DNA of 62,409 nt, the filler included, from Candidatus Tectimicrobiota bacterium (lineage in GTDB: Bacteria > JACPSX01): assembly GCA_016193065.1 (NCBI GenBank). It is 7 parts of 7 records of this genome, joined end to end, with 100 filler letters (N's around TTAATTAATTAA, not from the genome) between each part and the next. Parts side by side here need not be neighbours in the genome. Positions count along the whole stretch, not along the records: positions 59,299 to 62,409 come from JACPSX010000256.1; 6 more parts are not named here. One strand, given 5' to 3'. The notes under the pieces are model-generated. The model was not told the DNA's origin, did no database searches, and saw only the letters and a program-made list of their open reading frames with translations. Each line of letters begins with the position of its first letter. Position 1 is the first letter of the stretch. This document shows, in pieces, positions 59,299 through 62,409 of this stretch. The position numbers and the translations under genes were made by a program.

Positions 59299-60122
59299 AT
59301 GGAGTCGGCGATGCGGTCCTTGATCAAGATCTTGCCCTCCGGTCTTTTCCCGCCGAGCTTGTCCCACAAATCGGCTTCGGTGACTGTGACGTCGGCAAAT
59401 TCCTCCCTCGCCAGTTCGTATCCCCAGTCCCGGAAGGCCCCCTCGGTGAACTTCATGATGTTCCCTTTATGGACCAGGGTGACGCTGTCTCTCTGATGAT
59501 CCAGAGCATAGCGGATCGCCTTGCGCACCAGCCGCTTCGTTCCCGTCACACTCATGGGTTTGATGCCGATCCCCGAATCCGGCCGAATCTTCTTCCCCAT
59601 TTCCTTGGAGAGAAACTCGATGAGCTTCTTCGCCTCCGGGGTCCCCTCCTTCCACTCGATTCCGGCGTAAACATCCTCGGTGTTTTCCCGATACACGACG
59701 ATATCCACCTTCTGGGGTTCCTTGACGGGGCTGGGGACTCCGGAAAAGTAGCGCACCGGACGCACGCAAGCGTACAGGTCGAGAAGCTGGCGGAGGGTCA
59801 CGTTCAAGCTGCGGATTCCTCCTCCCACGGGAGTAGTCAATGGACCCTTGATGGAGACCACGTATTCCTTAAAAGCCTGCACGGTTTCATCGGGAAGCCA
59901 GTTCCCCACTTTCTTATAGGATTTTTCTCCCGCCAGAACTTCCATCCAGTGGATCTTACGCCTGCCGCCGTATGCCTTCTGGACAGCCGCATCGAAGACC
60001 CGGACCGACGCAGCCCAAATATCGGGACCGGTGCCGTCCCCTTCAATAAACGGGATGATGGGCTGGTCAGATACCTGAATACCGCCATCAGGGCGAATCG
60101 TGATCTTCTCACCTACTGCCAT
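59299..60122 (-). CDS. icd: NADP-dependent isocitrate dehydrogenase (3' end cut)
   Basis: [48 protein letters not shown]. Confidence 0.95.
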
Positions 60123-60264
60123 GTTTTCCTCCCACCCCTCCGGACGACTACGTTATTTACTCAATTTCTCCCCCTCTCCCCACCCTCTCCGCACCCAGAG
60201 GGCAAGCTGAGGGGGTGTGATCGCGCGCGGCAAAGTGCATAGGACTTTACTTTTGCAGTCCTCA

Positions 60265-62175
60265 CTAGTTGCCCTTCGCAACCGCAAGTGCCCCTCCAGC
60301 TTTCAGCATGGCAATTTCCCGGTCGGTCAGGTTGTGGCGGACGGGGATCTCAACTCCTCGAGTCAGGTTCTTGACAACCAACTTCCCACGTAGGTCGGAG
60401 ACCGCTACTTCCAGTTGATCCCCTTGCTCGAGGCGGACGAAGTCCTCCTCGTTGCCCAGGGTTAAAGGCAGGATTCCGAAATTGATCAGATTCGCCAGAT
60501 GAATGCGAGCGAAGGATTTCGCGAGTACCGCCTTCACCCCCAGGTACATGGGAGCCAGAGCCGCGTGCTCCCGGCTCGAACCTTGCCCGTAGTTCGCTCC
60601 GCCCACGACGACTCCTCCCTTACTCTTGCGGGCACGCTCGGGGAAGGTCGGATCTACTCCTTCAAAAACATAAGCGGAAATCGCCGGAATGTTGGAGCGC
60701 AGAGGCAGGATCTTGGCGCCGGCGGGCATGATGTGATCCGTAGTGATATTATCCCCTACCTTGAGTAGAACCTCTCCGCGGATAACTTCCGGCATCCTCT
60801 CCTTCACGGGAAGCGGCTTGATGTTGGGACCCCGGATCACCTCAATTTTCTCGGGCTCGGCCGCCGGAGAAAGGATCAGGTTATCGTCCACGATGAACTC
60901 GGCGGGCCACTCCACCCGGGGGGGCGTCCCCAGGGTGCGGGGATCCGCGATCACGCCGGCGAGCGCGGTAGCTGCTGCTACCTCGGGACCCGAAAGATAG
61001 ATCCGGGCATCCTTCGTACCGCTGCGGCCCTCGAAGTTGCGGTTGAAAGTGCGCACGGAGACAGCGCCCGAGGGAGGTGCCTGCCCCATGCCGATGCAGG
61101 GCCCGCAGGAGCTTTCCAGGATCCGGGCGCCGGCCGCAATCACATCAGCCAGGCCTCCGTAGGCGGTGAACATACGCAGGACCTGGTTCGACCCCGGGCT
61201 CATCACCAGGCTGAGATCCGGGTGAACCGTTTTCCCCTTGAGGATGGCGGCCACCGTCATCAGATCCCGGAAAGAAGAATTGGTGCAACTGCCGATGGCT
61301 ACCTGTTGGACCTTGGTCCCCGCCACCTCCTCCACTTTGCAGACGTTGTCCGGCATGTGCGGCCTGGCAATCAGGGGCTCCAGCCGGTTCAGGTCGATCT
61401 CGATAACCTCCTCATAGGCGGCATCCGGGTCAGCGCTCAGCGGAACCCAGGACTGCTCCCTTTTTTGCGCCCTCAGGTAGGCCCGGGTAACTTCGTCGCT
61501 GGGGAAAACGGACGTGGTCGCCCCCAGTTCAGCTCCCATGTTTGTGATCGTGGCCCGCTCGGGAACCGACAGAGTTTTCACCCCTTCCCCAATGTACTCA
61601 ATAATCTTCCCCACGCCGCCCTTGACAGTCAGACGGCGCAACAACTCCAAGATAATGTCCTTGGCCGAGACCCAGGGCTGGAGCCGGCCGCTCAAATGAA
61701 CTCCGACCACTTTGGGCGTGGTCAGGAAGAAAGGCTGGCCCCCCATGGCCAGGGCCACATCGAGCCCGCCGGCGCCGACGGCGATCATGCCCAGACCACC
61801 TCCCGTGGGGGTGTGGCTGTCAGAGCCCAGCAGAACCTGGCCCGGCACGCCGAACCGCTCCAGATGAACCTGGTGGCAGATGCCGTTGCCCGGCCTGGAA
61901 AAGGTAATCCCGTACTTGGCTGCTATGGACTGCAGGAAGCGATGATCGTCGGCATTCTCGAAGCCGGTCTGCAGCATGTTGTGATCGACATAGCTTACCG
62001 ACAATTTGGTGCGGACCCGGGGGATGCCGAGGGCCTCATACTGAAGATAGGCCATCGTACCCGTCGCATCCTGAGTCAAGGTCTGATCGACCCGAATCCC
62101 GATCTCACAGCCGGGTTTCAGTTCCCCCGAAACCAGATGTTCTTTCAGGATCTTCTGGGTCAAGTTGGCGCCCAC
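60265..62175 (-). CDS. Aconitate hydratase (compact type)
   Basis: TQDATG, GICHQ, DSHT, GSCTN, CGPCIG, NRNF, TTDHI, GSSREHA; directly upstream of icd. Confidence 0.92.
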   Translation of the reverse strand: MGANLTQKILKEHLVSGELKPGCEIGIRVDQTLTQDATGTMAYLQYEALGIPRVRTKLSVSYVDHNMLQTGFENADDHRFLQSIAAKYGITFSRPGNGICHQVHLERFGVPGQVLLGSDSHTPTGGGLGMIAVGAGGLDVALAMGGQPFFLTTPKVVGVHLSGRLQPWVSAKDIILELLRRLTVKGGVGKIIEYIGEGVKTLSVPERATITNMGAELGATTSVFPSDEVTRAYLRAQKREQSWVPLSADPDAAYEEVIEIDLNRLEPLIARPHMPDNVCKVEEVAGTKVQQVAIGSCTNSSFRDLMTVAAILKGKTVHPDLSLVMSPGSNQVLRMFTAYGGLADVIAAGARILESSCGPCIGMGQAPPSGAVSVRTFNRNFEGRSGTKDARIYLSGPEVAAATALAGVIADPRTLGTPPRVEWPAEFIVDDNLILSPAAEPEKIEVIRGPNIKPLPVKERMPEVIRGEVLLKVGDNITTDHIMPAGAKILPLRSNIPAISAYVFEGVDPTFPERARKSKGGVVVGGANYGQGSSREHAALAPMYLGVKAVLAKSFARIHLANLINFGILPLTLGNEEDFVRLEQGDQLEVAVSDLRGKLVVKNLTRGVEIPVRHNLTDREIAMLKAGGALAVAKGN

Positions 62176-62409
62176 GAAATCTTTCCTCCAGAAGCGAAAT
62201 TTCCAGGAGCCCCCCACCCAGGACAGCCCGCGGACCCGCGATGGTCCGCCCAAGAGCAGACGGATAGTAGCAACGCCCCCCCGATCCTGTCAAGGACTTT
62301 CCCCCCCTGCGAAAGCCGTGTGGGGAACCGACGCGCGCATTCCTCGCAGGGACTGTCCAAGCCCCCGAAGAGCATATGGCGCGAGGCCGCCAAGAGAGAG
62401 ACATCAGAC

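Overview
This GC-rich bacterial window (probably a draft genome or MAG of a diderm organism) is seven separate contigs joined by artificial N44-TTAATTAATTAA-N44 linkers: 1-6124, 6225-24056, 24157-41273, 41374-50072, 50173-55151, 55252-59198 and 59299-62409. Gene order cannot be read across the linkers. Housekeeping content: a clpC-bamA-skp-lpxD-fabZ-lpxA-(gnnA-like)-lpxI-lpxB-(DUF374)-waaA-lpxK-lpxL operon, aconitase-icd, polyprenyl synthase-amrA-maf, comM and tRNA-Leu(TAA). Contig 2 is accessory. It holds two exported metal/sulfur gene blocks separated by toxin-antitoxin debris and a collapsed restriction/defence island. The island is bounded by a 76-bp direct repeat of a gene 3' end, and only an ABC-ATPase + DUF4276 pair and an XRE gene remain intact inside it. 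Best leads: (1) two similar small leader ORFs (hydrophobic N-terminus, two spaced Cys, C-terminal [R/H]PP, anti-Shine-Dalgarno just after the stop) heading the multicopper-oxidase block and the sulfurtransferase/cytochrome c block, a candidate CutF/CruR-like ribosome-stalling regulatory system without the CxxC motif; (2) a DsbA/FrnE-like selenoprotein (UPWC) that the ORF track missed; (3) the island attachment-like repeat and its surviving ATPase-TOPRIM-like pair; (4) an lpxB that seems to start at ATT. All family assignments come from motif recognition by eye; no searches were run.
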